Assembly (NCBI GenBank): GCA_041862235.1
Contig: JBGVSY010000120.1
Coordinates: 1-62,361, forward strand
Source of the DNA: Nitrososphaeria archaeon
Lineage (GTDB): Archaea > Thermoproteota > Nitrososphaeria_A > Caldarchaeales > JAVZCJ01
Length of the DNA stretch: 62,361 nucleotides
Direction: 5' to 3'
The notes below the pieces were generated by a model, which saw nothing but the letters and a program-made list of their open reading frames with translations, did not search any database and had not been told where the DNA came from. Position 1 is the first letter of the stretch. Each line of letters begins with the position of its first letter. The position numbers and the translations under genes are program-made. This document shows, in pieces, positions 53,587 through 62,361 of the stretch.

Positions 53587-54917
53587 TCAGGCTTAGTATC
53601 CAGTGCGGGCACACACCTTGGCGACAGCTCGCCAGCCAGGTTGGACACCATCAGCCTCCGAATTTCCTCCAGCTCAGTTGTTTGTGCGAGGCACCACATG
53701 AGTTTGATGAGAGAGGTCTCCGGGAGCATGTCTCCAAGCGGCGTGACCCCGGCCTGCAAGAGATCCCGGCCAGTCTCGTAAACCCTGAGGTTCACCCGGC
53801 CGAAGAGGCACTGAGAAGCCATCCCTACAAATATGCCGTCGCGCACGAGCTCAGAGGCTGCTTTGACCATCTGGTGGGATACATGGCCGAGTCCCGTTCC
53901 CTCCAGAATGACCCCCCTCGTCCCTTTTTGGAGGAGCCAGGCAAGGATTTCTGGATCCAGGCCCGGATAGAACTTTATCAGCGCGGCGCTGTCATCGAAT
54001 GCGGGCTCCAACACGTAGCTTTCCGAATCGCCTCTTGGATGGAGCGGTTCATCTCCAAGCTCTATGATTCCCCCAACATACCTAGCTATCGGCTTGCCAT
54101 TCACGGATTGGAAAGCGCTCCTCGAGCTAGTGTGCATCTTCCTGGCCCTGGTTCCTTTGTGAACCGCGATTCGATCGTCTGAGTATCCTTCGTGCATGAC
54201 GAGGACCACCTCGCCGAAGGGAGCGCCAGCTGCCACAGTCACTGCTGCCAAGAGATTCGTTATGGCGTCGCTGCTGGGTCTGTCGGAAGAACGTTGCGAC
54301 CCGACCAACGCGACTGGCACCGGTGGGTTACGCAAGGCGAAGCTCAGGGCGGCAGAGGTCATAGCCATGGTGTCTGTTCCATGGGCGATCACAACGCCGT
54401 CCTCACCTGATCTAATCATACGATCGACCGCATTCGCTATCTGGGTCCAGTGGACGGTTGTGATGTTCTCGCTGAAGATGTTGTACAACGTGTGAGCTGA
54501 TATGTTGGCGATTTCAGCTAGCTCGGGCACCAAGACGTACAGGTCCTGCGCGGTCAAAGCAGGAGTCACCGCACCTGTTCTGTAGTCGACCCTGCTCGCT
54601 ATAGTGCCTCCTGTACTCACCACAGAGACATCGGGCAGATCTTTTCTCTTCGTCTTTGGAGGAGCGGATTGGGGCGCCGGTGGTGGAGCCGCCGAGACCC
54701 TCGCTATCGATTTGATCGTGTCTACTCTGAGCCCTATGTTGTACCCGGTGTCTAGCTTTATCACAACATGTCTATTGTCGGCTAGCTCGTATCGAGGCAT
54801 CAACACACCTCGAAACGTCCCGACGTCGGTAGCGATTTGTACCTTGTCAAAAACCCCCGCCCCAGCTTTCATTAAGATCTGTTTGGGTTTACCCTCGTAC
54901 CCTGGAAGCTGACTCAT
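53583..54917 (-). CDS. gatD: glutamyl-tRNA(Gln) amidotransferase subunit D
   Basis: It has an N-terminal GatD-specific domain followed by an asparaginase core (VSTGGTIASRVDYRTGAV, HGTDTMAMTSAALSF). Confidence 0.9.
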   Translation of the reverse strand: MSQLPGYEGKPKQILMKAGAGVFDKVQIATDVGTFRGVLMPRYELADNRHVVIKLDTGYNIGLRVDTIKSIARVSAAPPPAPQSAPPKTKRKDLPDVSVVSTGGTIASRVDYRTGAVTPALTAQDLYVLVPELAEIANISAHTLYNIFSENITTVHWTQIANAVDRMIRSGEDGVVIAHGTDTMAMTSAALSFALRNPPVPVALVGSQRSSDRPSSDAITNLLAAVTVAAGAPFGEVVLVMHEGYSDDRIAVHKGTRARKMHTSSRSAFQSVNGKPIARYVGGIIELGDEPLHPRGDSESYVLEPAFDDSAALIKFYPGLDPEILAWLLQKGTRGVILEGTGLGHVSHQMVKAASELVRDGIFVGMASQCLFGRVNLRVYETGRDLLQAGVTPLGDMLPETSLIKLMWCLAQTTELEEIRRLMVSNLAGELSPRCVPALDTKPE

Positions 54918-55056
54918 GATCGGGCTTCTCCTTTCCTCGTTGACGCCTTTCTTGGTACATATTGCTTTCCTGTGTGCTAGATTGATGACAGTGTGCCTTA
55001 CCTAAAGGCAACAAGTGCCTCGGAAGATCAGAGGGCAATGTCGTCGGTCTAGCAAG

Positions 55057-56841
55057 CTACGCTTCGAGACCCAGCCTAGCCAACAGCTCTGTCCCGGGAT
55101 TTCCCTTCTCGTCCCACTCCCTGACGCGGTAGTAGCTCTGCAGCATCTCTGAGAGGTGAACCTTCATGCCCCTGGATCCTCCCTCTTGGAGGGGATGCTC
55201 GAGGAATTTCGTGGGTAGTGCGTCGTCCGTGTGATCGAACCCTTCCCTGGCGTTGAACAGTCTTTCCAGTGTCCAGATTCTCTCGCCTAGTTGCAGGAAG
55301 CGCTGCGTGTCGAATGAGATGCCAACCACGGCGGAGAGCAGGCGTGCGTAGTGTTCAACTGCAATCGCGAAGCTCGAGAACCTGCACATTATCATTGTGT
55401 CCATGGCAGCCGAGAAGTCTTGGAAGAGCCTTACCAGCTTCGGCTTGGCTTGCCACTCGAAGCGATCGACTAGGGTGGGCGCACCCAGCACTTCCGGACC
55501 TATCATGTACGCCCGCAGATGGCAGCCTCCCCTGTTCGACGTGGCGTACGCCAACGCCTGGCCCTGAGCGCCTCGCGGGTCATATGCGGGCAGCTCCAAA
55601 CCTTTGACCTGCATCGCCAGTTCCGGTGCACCGTGCTTCTGAGCCAGAGCTCTGGAACCTTCAGCCAGGTCTTCTCCGAGACCTCTCTTGTACGCGGTCT
55701 CCTCCACCAGGGAGACCATCTTCTTTGAGTCCCCCCACTTCATCTTTTCATCGATCAGGCCTCTTGCGCTGAGATCCATTGCACATCCGATGGCGTTACC
55801 CATGCTAATCGTGTCGAGGCCTAGCGTGTTGCAGAAATGGTTCACAAGCGCGACGTCCTCAAGATTGTTCACGCCGCACTGAGCTCCTAGTGCCCAGAGC
55901 GTCTCATACTCGGGGCCCCCTATCTCCTGCCCCTCAACGGAGGTTATTCTTCCGCACGCAACTGGACATGAACGACAGGCGTACGGCTTTAGGAATATTC
56001 TTTCCTTGAGCTTTTCTCCGCTTATGGCCTCTGCGTCGTTGAAGACTCCTTCCGTGAAGTTTCGTGTTGGGAACATGCCGTGCTCGTTGATTAGGTTCAC
56101 GAGGACAGAGGTTCCGAATGTGGGCAAAGAGTCCTTCGTCAGTGGGTGCTTCTTCAGGAGGAACGCGATTCTCTTCGTCACCTCGGTGAAAGCAAGTTCA
56201 TTGGCAACGTGAGTCTTCGTATCTCCCTCAACCACGAGCGCCTTGACGTTCTTCGAACCCAGGACCGCTCCTAAGCCTCCGCGCCCCGCCGCTCGATGGT
56301 AATCATTTACTATGCATGCGATTTTCACCAGGTTCTCGCCGGCCGGCCCGATGCATGCAACCCTCGCCTTGGGCGAGGCATCTTCCAGAAGCCACCGCGT
56401 CGTCTCCTGCGTATCCTTGCCCCACGCTGCGGAGGCGTCTCTGATCTCCACTCCACCATTCGACACATAGACGTAGATGGGGCTCGACGCCCTTCCCTCC
56501 ATCACCACGGCGTCGAAACCAGTGGACTTCAGTTCAACACCGAAGAAGCCGCCCGAGTTGCTGTCGAAGATCCCGCCGGTTAGGGGGCTCTTAGACACGA
56601 CTGCGTGCCTCCCGCTCATGGGCGCCCCTGTACCGGTGACTGGGCCCACCGCGAAGACCAGTTTGTTCTCCGGGGAGAGGGGGTCAACCCCGGGTTGTAG
56701 CTCATCGTAGAGCATCTTGACCCCCAAGCCGCGTCCCCCCACAAACCCATTCAGTATCTCATACTCGATCTCCTCGGACGCGGTCTTCTCTGATGAAAGG
56801 TTGACCCGCAGCACATTGCCGTGCCAGCCAAATATCTTCAA
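55057..56841 (-). CDS. aor: tungsten-type aldehyde:ferredoxin oxidoreductase
   Basis: Motifs are GWHGNVLRVNLS...GGRGLGVKMLYDEL, the 4Fe-4S Cys motif (CRSCPVACGR) and GLELPAYDPRG. The start is taken at TTG 56841, which lies 8 nt after the deoC stop and is preceded by GGAGGTGA. Confidence 0.85.
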   Translation of the reverse strand: MKIFGWHGNVLRVNLSSEKTASEEIEYEILNGFVGGRGLGVKMLYDELQPGVDPLSPENKLVFAVGPVTGTGAPMSGRHAVVSKSPLTGGIFDSNSGGFFGVELKSTGFDAVVMEGRASSPIYVYVSNGGVEIRDASAAWGKDTQETTRWLLEDASPKARVACIGPAGENLVKIACIVNDYHRAAGRGGLGAVLGSKNVKALVVEGDTKTHVANELAFTEVTKRIAFLLKKHPLTKDSLPTFGTSVLVNLINEHGMFPTRNFTEGVFNDAEAISGEKLKERIFLKPYACRSCPVACGRITSVEGQEIGGPEYETLWALGAQCGVNNLEDVALVNHFCNTLGLDTISMGNAIGCAMDLSARGLIDEKMKWGDSKKMVSLVEETAYKRGLGEDLAEGSRALAQKHGAPELAMQVKGLELPAYDPRGAQGQALAYATSNRGGCHLRAYMIGPEVLGAPTLVDRFEWQAKPKLVRLFQDFSAAMDTMIMCRFSSFAIAVEHYARLLSAVVGISFDTQRFLQLGERIWTLERLFNAREGFDHTDDALPTKFLEHPLQEGGSRGMKVHLSEMLQSYYRVREWDEKGNPGTELLARLGLEA

Positions 56842-56849
56842 GGTCGTCG

Positions 56850-57728
56850 TCACCTCCAGTAAAACCTGTTGTACGTGTCTCTGTGCGGACAGTCGCGGCA
56901 CCTGCTCTTGTAGTAGCTGTAGACGTCTTTCGGCATCTTCGCCGCGTTCGCTGCTCTAACCGGGCAGAGCTTGCAGGGGATCTCCTCGATGTCAACCCAC
57001 GCCTCTGAGAGATCGGCCCACCTGTAGCCCTCCATGATCTCGACTCCAGCGCTTGTGCCGATTCGGCTGGCGCCGGCTGCTATCATTCTTAAGGCATCCT
57101 TGAAGTTCCTGATTCCGCCGGCAGCCTTGACGCCGATCCGTTTTCCGACGGCTTCTCTCATTATCCTGACGTGATGTACCGTTGCGCCCATGGGGCCGAA
57201 CCCCGTAGCAGTCTTGACGAAGTCCGCTCCCGCGGCTTCAGCGATCCCACACGCTCGAATCACCTGCTCGTCCGTCAGATAGCCCACCTCCAAGATGACC
57301 TTGACCAGACCTTCTTTCTGTCGAGCCACATCCACAACTCCTCTGATGTCTTTCTCAACCAATTCGTTGTTTCCGCTCCGCATGGCTCCTATGTTCATGA
57401 CCATGTCGAGCTCTGAGGCGCCTGCCTCCATCGCCAGTCTGGCCTCCTTCACCTTTGCCTCGGGCAGAGTCGATCCAAGCGGAAAGGAGATGACTGTGCA
57501 GATCTTAACGTTGCTTCCTTGGAGTCTCTCACTCACCAAGGGAACCCAGTATGGGTTTACGCAGACCGAGGCGAATCCATACTCTTTTGCTTCGTCGCAG
57601 AGTGTCTCTATCGAGCTTGAAGTCTTGTCCGGTGAAAGCTTGGTGTGATCTATCATTGACGCCAATTTCTCAGGAGTCACGCGCACTTCCTTGAGCCGTC
57701 TCTCGACGCTTGCAGGATCCGTGATCAA
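56850..57728 (-). CDS. deoC: deoxyribose-phosphate aldolase with C-terminal 4-Cys extension
   Basis: DeoC blocks are [36 protein letters not shown] (Schiff-base Lys) and VKAAGGIR. An extra roughly 60 aa follows (CKLC...CRDC). Confidence 0.8.
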   Translation of the reverse strand: MITDPASVERRLKEVRVTPEKLASMIDHTKLSPDKTSSSIETLCDEAKEYGFASVCVNPYWVPLVSERLQGSNVKICTVISFPLGSTLPEAKVKEARLAMEAGASELDMVMNIGAMRSGNNELVEKDIRGVVDVARQKEGLVKVILEVGYLTDEQVIRACGIAEAAGADFVKTATGFGPMGATVHHVRIMREAVGKRIGVKAAGGIRNFKDALRMIAAGASRIGTSAGVEIMEGYRWADLSEAWVDIEEIPCKLCPVRAANAAKMPKDVYSYYKSRCRDCPHRDTYNRFYWR

Positions 57729-57855
57729 AAGACATCGACCGATGGATCGGTCAATCCGACTCGAACCGAGATTCCTTATAAGGTTTGGATCCCGTCCATG
57801 ATTCTCGCAAACGCTATATGTATTGAGGTGGCTGTGTGTTCGAGATGATGTCTAT

Positions 57856-59049
57856 ATGAAGCATCAAGTGGCGTCACGTATTGGTGTCCTGGGAGCTGAG
57901 GCAGCGTTCGTCATCCTAGGCAGGGCCAAGCAGCTTGAGGCTGAGGGAAGGAGCATCGTTCACCTTGAAATCGGGGAACCTGACTTCGACACCCCAGAAC
58001 ACATCAAGCAAGCCGCGGTTAAGGCCCTTGAAGAGGGCTACACTCACTACACTCCGACACCTGGGATACCGGAGCTTAGAGAGGCTGTTGCCGAGTCAGC
58101 GAAGAAGGAACTGGGGATCGATGTTGAGTGGGCGAACAATGTAGTGATCACGGTAGGTGGCAAAGAAGCTGTTTTCGCTGTTTTGATGACCTTGCTGAAC
58201 CCTGGCGACGAGGTACTGTACCCGAATCCAGGGTACCCCGCCTATGAATCGGTCGCCCGTCTAGCTGGAGCAAAGACCGTTCCAATCAGGCTCAGGGAGG
58301 AGAATGAGTTCAGAGTAGATCCCGACGAGTTGAACCAGATGGTTTCCCGCAGAACCAAGATGATTATTCTGAACTCTCCCGAGAACCCTTGTGGATCGGT
58401 CTTGACCCACGATGACGTAAAGGGAATAGCGGAGATAGCTGTTGACAAGGACATCTACATGGTTTCGGACGAGATATACAAGCACATAATCTACGGTGGC
58501 TCCAGACATTTTTCTCCGGCGGCTGAGCCCGGGGCACTGGACAACACCGTCATAGTAGACGGGTTCTCCAAGAGTTTCGCAATGACTGGGTGGAGGTTAG
58601 GATATCTCATCGCGCCGAAGCAATTGGTGCCATCTGCAGTGAAGCTTCTGAACAACATGACCTCCTGTCCAGTTGCGTTCGCCCAGAAGGCCGCTGTGGC
58701 CGCCCTTCGCGGTCCCATGGAGCCGGTCAGAAAGATGGTGCAGAAATACGAAGAGAGGAGTAAAGCGGTTGTGTCGGAGGTCAACAAGATTGAGCACCTC
58801 CACGTCTTGGAGCCTCCGGGCACATTCTATGCGTTCGTCAACGCTCAAGAAGTTCTGTCCAAGGCAGGGATGAATTCAGAGGACTTCTGCAGGGGGACAC
58901 TTGAGAAGCAAGGAGTTGCCCTGCTACATGGTTCAGCCATGGGAAGCTTTGGAGAAGGGTATGTCAGAATCAGCTTCGCCAATTCCATTGAGAACATAAG
59001 AGAGGGCGTAAGGCGCCTGGCCTCCGCCGTCGAGAACATCTACAAGTAG
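57856..59049 (+). CDS. class I pyridoxal-phosphate aminotransferase (aspartate aminotransferase-like)
   Basis: Motifs are GEPDFDTP, YPNPGYPAY, SPENPCG and the PLP-lysine block FSKSFAMTGWRLGY. Confidence 0.85.
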   Translation: MKHQVASRIGVLGAEAAFVILGRAKQLEAEGRSIVHLEIGEPDFDTPEHIKQAAVKALEEGYTHYTPTPGIPELREAVAESAKKELGIDVEWANNVVITVGGKEAVFAVLMTLLNPGDEVLYPNPGYPAYESVARLAGAKTVPIRLREENEFRVDPDELNQMVSRRTKMIILNSPENPCGSVLTHDDVKGIAEIAVDKDIYMVSDEIYKHIIYGGSRHFSPAAEPGALDNTVIVDGFSKSFAMTGWRLGYLIAPKQLVPSAVKLLNNMTSCPVAFAQKAAVAALRGPMEPVRKMVQKYEERSKAVVSEVNKIEHLHVLEPPGTFYAFVNAQEVLSKAGMNSEDFCRGTLEKQGVALLHGSAMGSFGEGYVRISFANSIENIREGVRRLASAVENIYK

Positions 59050-59101
59050 ATCAAAGCAAGATTCGGCCGCCACACACGATTGACAGCGAGCAAAGTACCG
59101 A

Positions 59102-59794
59102 TCAGCGTGTCTTCGTGGCAGCCTCTTTTCTCGCTTCGAACACAGACACTGAGTAATGTGGTCTACCTTTCTTGTAGATTACTTCAGAATGGGGCAGACT
59201 TGAGATGTGGAGCAGCAGCTTGGTCATGAGGAAACTGAATTCATAGGTTTCCTCGCACAGAATTCGATACCGCAGGCCTAGAGCCTCGAAGGCTGAGGCC
59301 GTCTCCTGGATTCCACACACAGAGATCGTGGGAATCACCAGCCTGCCTCCCAACGCCAAGTGAGCAGGAGCTCCACGAAGCACCTCGTCCAAGACCGATC
59401 TACCGTCATATCCTCCCCAAGTGCTGACTTTCACTCTCATTGGTGATGGTGTCATCGGGGGGTTGCAGACGATGAGGTCAAAGGATTTCCCTCTGATCGG
59501 TTGACACACATCTCCCAAAATGAGCTCTACGTTTCGCATACGATTCAGCTGAGCATTCGCTCTAGCCACGCGTAAAGCCCGAGGTGATATGTCCGTGCCC
59601 AAAACCCTTCGGGCGCCCAACATCGAAGCAGTCAAAGCCAGGAATCCAGTTCCTGTGCCAATATCAAGAACATCGTCACCCTCCTTGACCATCACATGCG
59701 TCGCCATGAGGAGGGATACTCTAGATGGTGGGTAAACGTATCTGTCTCTGATCAGCCTCACCTCCGAGCCTTGGACGACATAGGACACTGACAT
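59102..59794 (-). CDS. HemK/Mtq2-like SAM-dependent methyltransferase (NPPM variant)
   Basis: It has SAM motif I (VLDIGTGTGFLAL) and LIVCNPPMTP in place of NPPY. It is a distant paralogue of 22574..23185. Confidence 0.65.
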   Translation of the reverse strand: MSVSYVVQGSEVRLIRDRYVYPPSRVSLLMATHVMVKEGDDVLDIGTGTGFLALTASMLGARRVLGTDISPRALRVARANAQLNRMRNVELILGDVCQPIRGKSFDLIVCNPPMTPSPMRVKVSTWGGYDGRSVLDEVLRGAPAHLALGGRLVIPTISVCGIQETASAFEALGLRYRILCEETYEFSFLMTKLLLHISSLPHSEVIYKKGRPHYSVSVFEARKEAATKTR

Positions 59795-59931
59795 ACGGCT
59801 GCCGCATCATTTGGATGCACTCAAAAACCTTCTGGCCACGGACAAGCAAGGGCATCAGCTCACTTCGAAGATTCTTGAACAACTTTCTTAAATCCGGCGA
59901 GCCCTAGGTGGCTCCAACCCGTGCAAGCAAG

Positions 59932-62361
59932 ATGATTGCTGAAAGGCTAGCGCCATGGTTACCTCTTGCTGCAATCATGCTCCTAGCGCTGAGCCTTGCG
60001 AACGAAGCAGTTGCTCAAAGTATGGCTCCCTTCGTTTCTGCCTGGCCCATGGATCGCGGCGGGCCGCAGAGGACAGGCAGAAGCATGTTCCTAGGTCCTA
60101 GGAACAACAACACAAAATGGGTAATGCACCTGCAGAGCCGCGTTTCTTCCTCTCCGATAATAGGGCCAGATGGGCATGTCTACTTCCTAACGGAAGACGG
60201 ATACCTCTTCGCAGTGGACGTGGAGGGAAATGAGCAGTGGCACAGGAAGATCACGACCTATGCCCCCTTCAACACGCCGGCAGTAGATGCTAACGGCACG
60301 GTTTACGTCACCACGCTCGAGGGAGTGGTCCACGCGCTCTTCTCGAACGGAACCGAGAGGTGGACCCTCGCGGTGCCTTGGCGGGTGCCGATCGGAGCCG
60401 CGCCGACAGTCTTCAACAACTCCGTCTACATCACCACGGAGAACGGTGTTCTATACAGCATCAGTTGCAAGGATGAGCTGGGGCTCGAGCCCGTGTTCCT
60501 CTGGAACTTCACAGCGCAGTACAGAATCGCCACCTCGCCTGCGATCTCCCCCTCCGGAGTCGTGTACGTGGCCTCGGACGATGGGAATGTATATGCCGTC
60601 GCGCCAGGTGGCAGCATTGATTGGAAGTTTCGAACCAGCCGCTACATGAGGTCAGGTCTGGCCGTGAGTGACGACGGAACTGTGTACGTCGGCGACAACG
60701 CGGGCTACATATATGCGCTGTACCCTGACGGATCTCTGAAATGGTTCTTCAGAACCGAAGGGAAGCTGGATTCAAGCCCCGCTGTTGACTCAGAGGGAAA
60801 CGTCTACGTGGGATCGCAGGACAGCTACCTGTACGCCTTTGACTACGAAGGCTACCTGAAGTGGAAATTCAAGACTGGGGGCCCTATCACCTCCTCTCCT
60901 TGCGTAGATCCACGAGGCGTCATATACTTCGGCTCGGAAGATGGCTATCTATACGCCCTTCTTCCAAGCGGGGAACTATCTTGGCGCTACAAGACTGGGG
61001 CTCCAATTCGCTCGTCGCCAGCGATCGGGTCGGATTCAACCCTTTACTTCGGGTCGGACGACTATGCGTTCAGGGCCCTTCTGTCCAAGTATTCTTTGAA
61101 CGTTCGGCTGGAGGGCCTGCCAGCCGGGCTGCAAGTGGACCTCAGATTGAACGAGGCGCAAGCCGGGCAACTTGAACCCGGAAAAAACCTGACGTTCGAA
61201 TTGTTCGGTGAAGAGCCCGTTCACCTACAAGTCGTCCAAGACGCTATCGATATCGGGTCAGGATCGCACTACGCTTGCAGCAACGCATCCCTGCTGGTGA
61301 ACCCCGATGTGGACGCCGTGGTCTTTCGGTACCGAGCAGAACACTTCGTCACCGCAGAGTGTGATTACTGCAACGCGACGGGAGGAGGATGGTATGATGA
61401 AGGCTCACTAGCTCACATCTACACGCCGGAGACGATCTACTATTCAAACCGGAGCAGAATCCGTTTCGAGCACTGGTCCGGTGACAGTCAAAGCGGCAAC
61501 TCAAGCGTGTCACTCTTGGTCAACGGCCCGAAGAAGCTCCGTGCGAACTACGTGGAGGAGCACATAGTTGACCTCGACTCGCACGACATTCTAAACCCGA
61601 ACGCAACCCTGCCAGTGATCATCCACATGGAGAACGAGGAAGGTCAGAGAACGGTCATAAGCAATCGTTCAATTTGGCTTGAGACCGGCAGATATTTGAT
61701 TTGGGTGGACAATGTCATTGACCTAGGCAACCAAACCCAGATGAAGTTCGTCAAGTGGGTCGGAAACGTCAGCTCCCCTGGCTCAGGAATCCAGCTCGAG
61801 TTGACCGGGCCCGCAAACTTCGAGCTCCTCTGGACCAAGCTGTATCTGGTAACTTTCGGTTTCGTGGACTCTGAGGCTCGGCTGTCCACAAATCCGTCCA
61901 GCGTCATAATTGAAGGAGCAGATGGAGAGCGTATTGAACTGATGGGCAGACAGGCTTGGCTGCTATCGGGAACATGGAAGTTCGTCCAGATCCTGTATGG
62001 TGGTGTAGACGTAAAGGAGTACCCACCCACATTCAATGTCGAATCCCCGCGAGTCGTGACCGTAGTCTGCCGTGTACACCACGTCTTGCTGTCGGTGGTC
62101 GATTTTGCCGGTCTCCCTGCTCTGGGCAACACCGTTACCGTGACCTTGACAAATGGTACCGAGTTGACAAGGCTCGTGGGTCAGGATGGAAAGATAGACC
62201 TCGGTCAAGTTCCGGAGATAGAGATCTTCGTTAAGACATCTTTTCTTTTCTTCACTAGTGAATCGGATACATTCGTCGAAAGCTCAGAGGTTGTAGTGAA
62301 TGCTCCTCTATCTATCTACAGTCTGGCCCTGATACTGAGCATCCCTTCAGCCATAATCCTC
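59932..62361 (+). CDS. secreted PQQ-like beta-propeller repeat protein with C-terminal beta-rich region, 3' end at window edge
   Basis: It is absent from the ORF track because there is no stop. My hand translation is open from ATG 59932 to the window end. It has a signal peptide (LPLAAIMLLALSLANEAVAQS) and at least 7 repeats of the type SSPA.D..G.VYVGS.DGYLYA...G.LKW.F. Many N-x-S/T sequons follow, and the last residues (LSIYSLALILSIPSAIIL) look like the start of a TM anchor. Confidence 0.8.
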   Translation, partial: MIAERLAPWLPLAAIMLLALSLANEAVAQSMAPFVSAWPMDRGGPQRTGRSMFLGPRNNNTKWVMHLQSRVSSSPIIGPDGHVYFLTEDGYLFAVDVEGNEQWHRKITTYAPFNTPAVDANGTVYVTTLEGVVHALFSNGTERWTLAVPWRVPIGAAPTVFNNSVYITTENGVLYSISCKDELGLEPVFLWNFTAQYRIATSPAISPSGVVYVASDDGNVYAVAPGGSIDWKFRTSRYMRSGLAVSDDGTVYVGDNAGYIYALYPDGSLKWFFRTEGKLDSSPAVDSEGNVYVGSQDSYLYAFDYEGYLKWKFKTGGPITSSPCVDPRGVIYFGSEDGYLYALLPSGELSWRYKTGAPIRSSPAIGSDSTLYFGSDDYAFRALLSKYSLNVRLEGLPAGLQVDLRLNEAQAGQLEPGKNLTFELFGEEPVHLQVVQDAIDIGSGSHYACSNASLLVNPDVDAVVFRYRAEHFVTAECDYCNATGGGWYDEGSLAHIYTPETIYYSNRSRIRFEHWSGDSQSGNSSVSLLVNGPKKLRANYVEEHIVDLDSHDILNPNATLPVIIHMENEEGQRTVISNRSIWLETGRYLIWVDNVIDLGNQTQMKFVKWVGNVSSPGSGIQLELTGPANFELLWTKLYLVTFGFVDSEARLSTNPSSVIIEGADGERIELMGRQAWLLSGTWKFVQILYGGVDVKEYPPTFNVESPRVVTVVCRVHHVLLSVVDFAGLPALGNTVTVTLTNGTELTRLVGQDGKIDLGQVPEIEIFVKTSFLFFTSESDTFVESSEVVVNAPLSIYSLALILSIPSAIIL

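Noticed and set aside
1-62361. I looked for tRNA, rRNA, transposase, integrase and prophage genes, and for CRISPR arrays.
   Set aside because: None was recognised in any intergenic gap longer than 100 bp or in any ORF. A covariance-model scan would be needed to exclude small RNAs formally.

Overview
This is a densely coded chromosomal segment of an archaeon with about 65 genes. Gene junctions are short or overlapping, and many starts look like GTG or TTG. The archaeal assignment rests on class I LysRS, GatD/GatE, tRNA-splicing endonuclease, archaeal-type PPAT, GGPP synthase, formylmethanofuran:H4MPT formyltransferase (Ftr) and F420 glutamyl ligase (CofE). I recognised no rRNA, tRNA, CRISPR array, transposase or integrase.

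The backbone has three parts:
- Housekeeping genes: lysK, asnS, glyS, gatDE, endA, an aminotransferase, AOR and DeoC.
- C1 and cofactor genes: a corrinoid protein with a RACo-type activator, ftr, cofE and a RimK-like ligase.
- Several secreted surface proteins with C-terminal membrane anchors.

The stand-out is at 24.7-31.0 kb: a complete eukaryote-type ubiquitylation cassette.
- Its core is a tightly coupled operon encoding a 78-aa ubiquitin homologue ending exactly in GG, a UBC-fold E2, a ThiF/Uba-type E1 and a small C4HC3 RING finger.
- A tail-anchored JAMM/Rpn11-like isopeptidase is transcribed divergently from this operon.
- Coiled-coil proteins are coupled to both arms.
- A second, membrane-embedded RING paralogue lies 1.3 kb downstream.

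Secondary observations:
- The palindrome GATCGATC / CGATCGATCG is strongly over-represented, in both intergenic and coding DNA.
- A HerA-like ATPase / NurA-like nuclease pair sits next to four small paralogous wHTH proteins.
- A run of four nucleotidyltransferase-fold genes includes a tandem duplicate and an NTase-kinase fusion coupled to ftr.
- An AN1-zinc-finger/M50 protease fusion is present.
- A Cys-extended DeoC is coupled to AOR.

All functional calls come from motif and family recognition by eye on the supplied translations. No database search was possible, so family names are hypotheses with the stated confidence.
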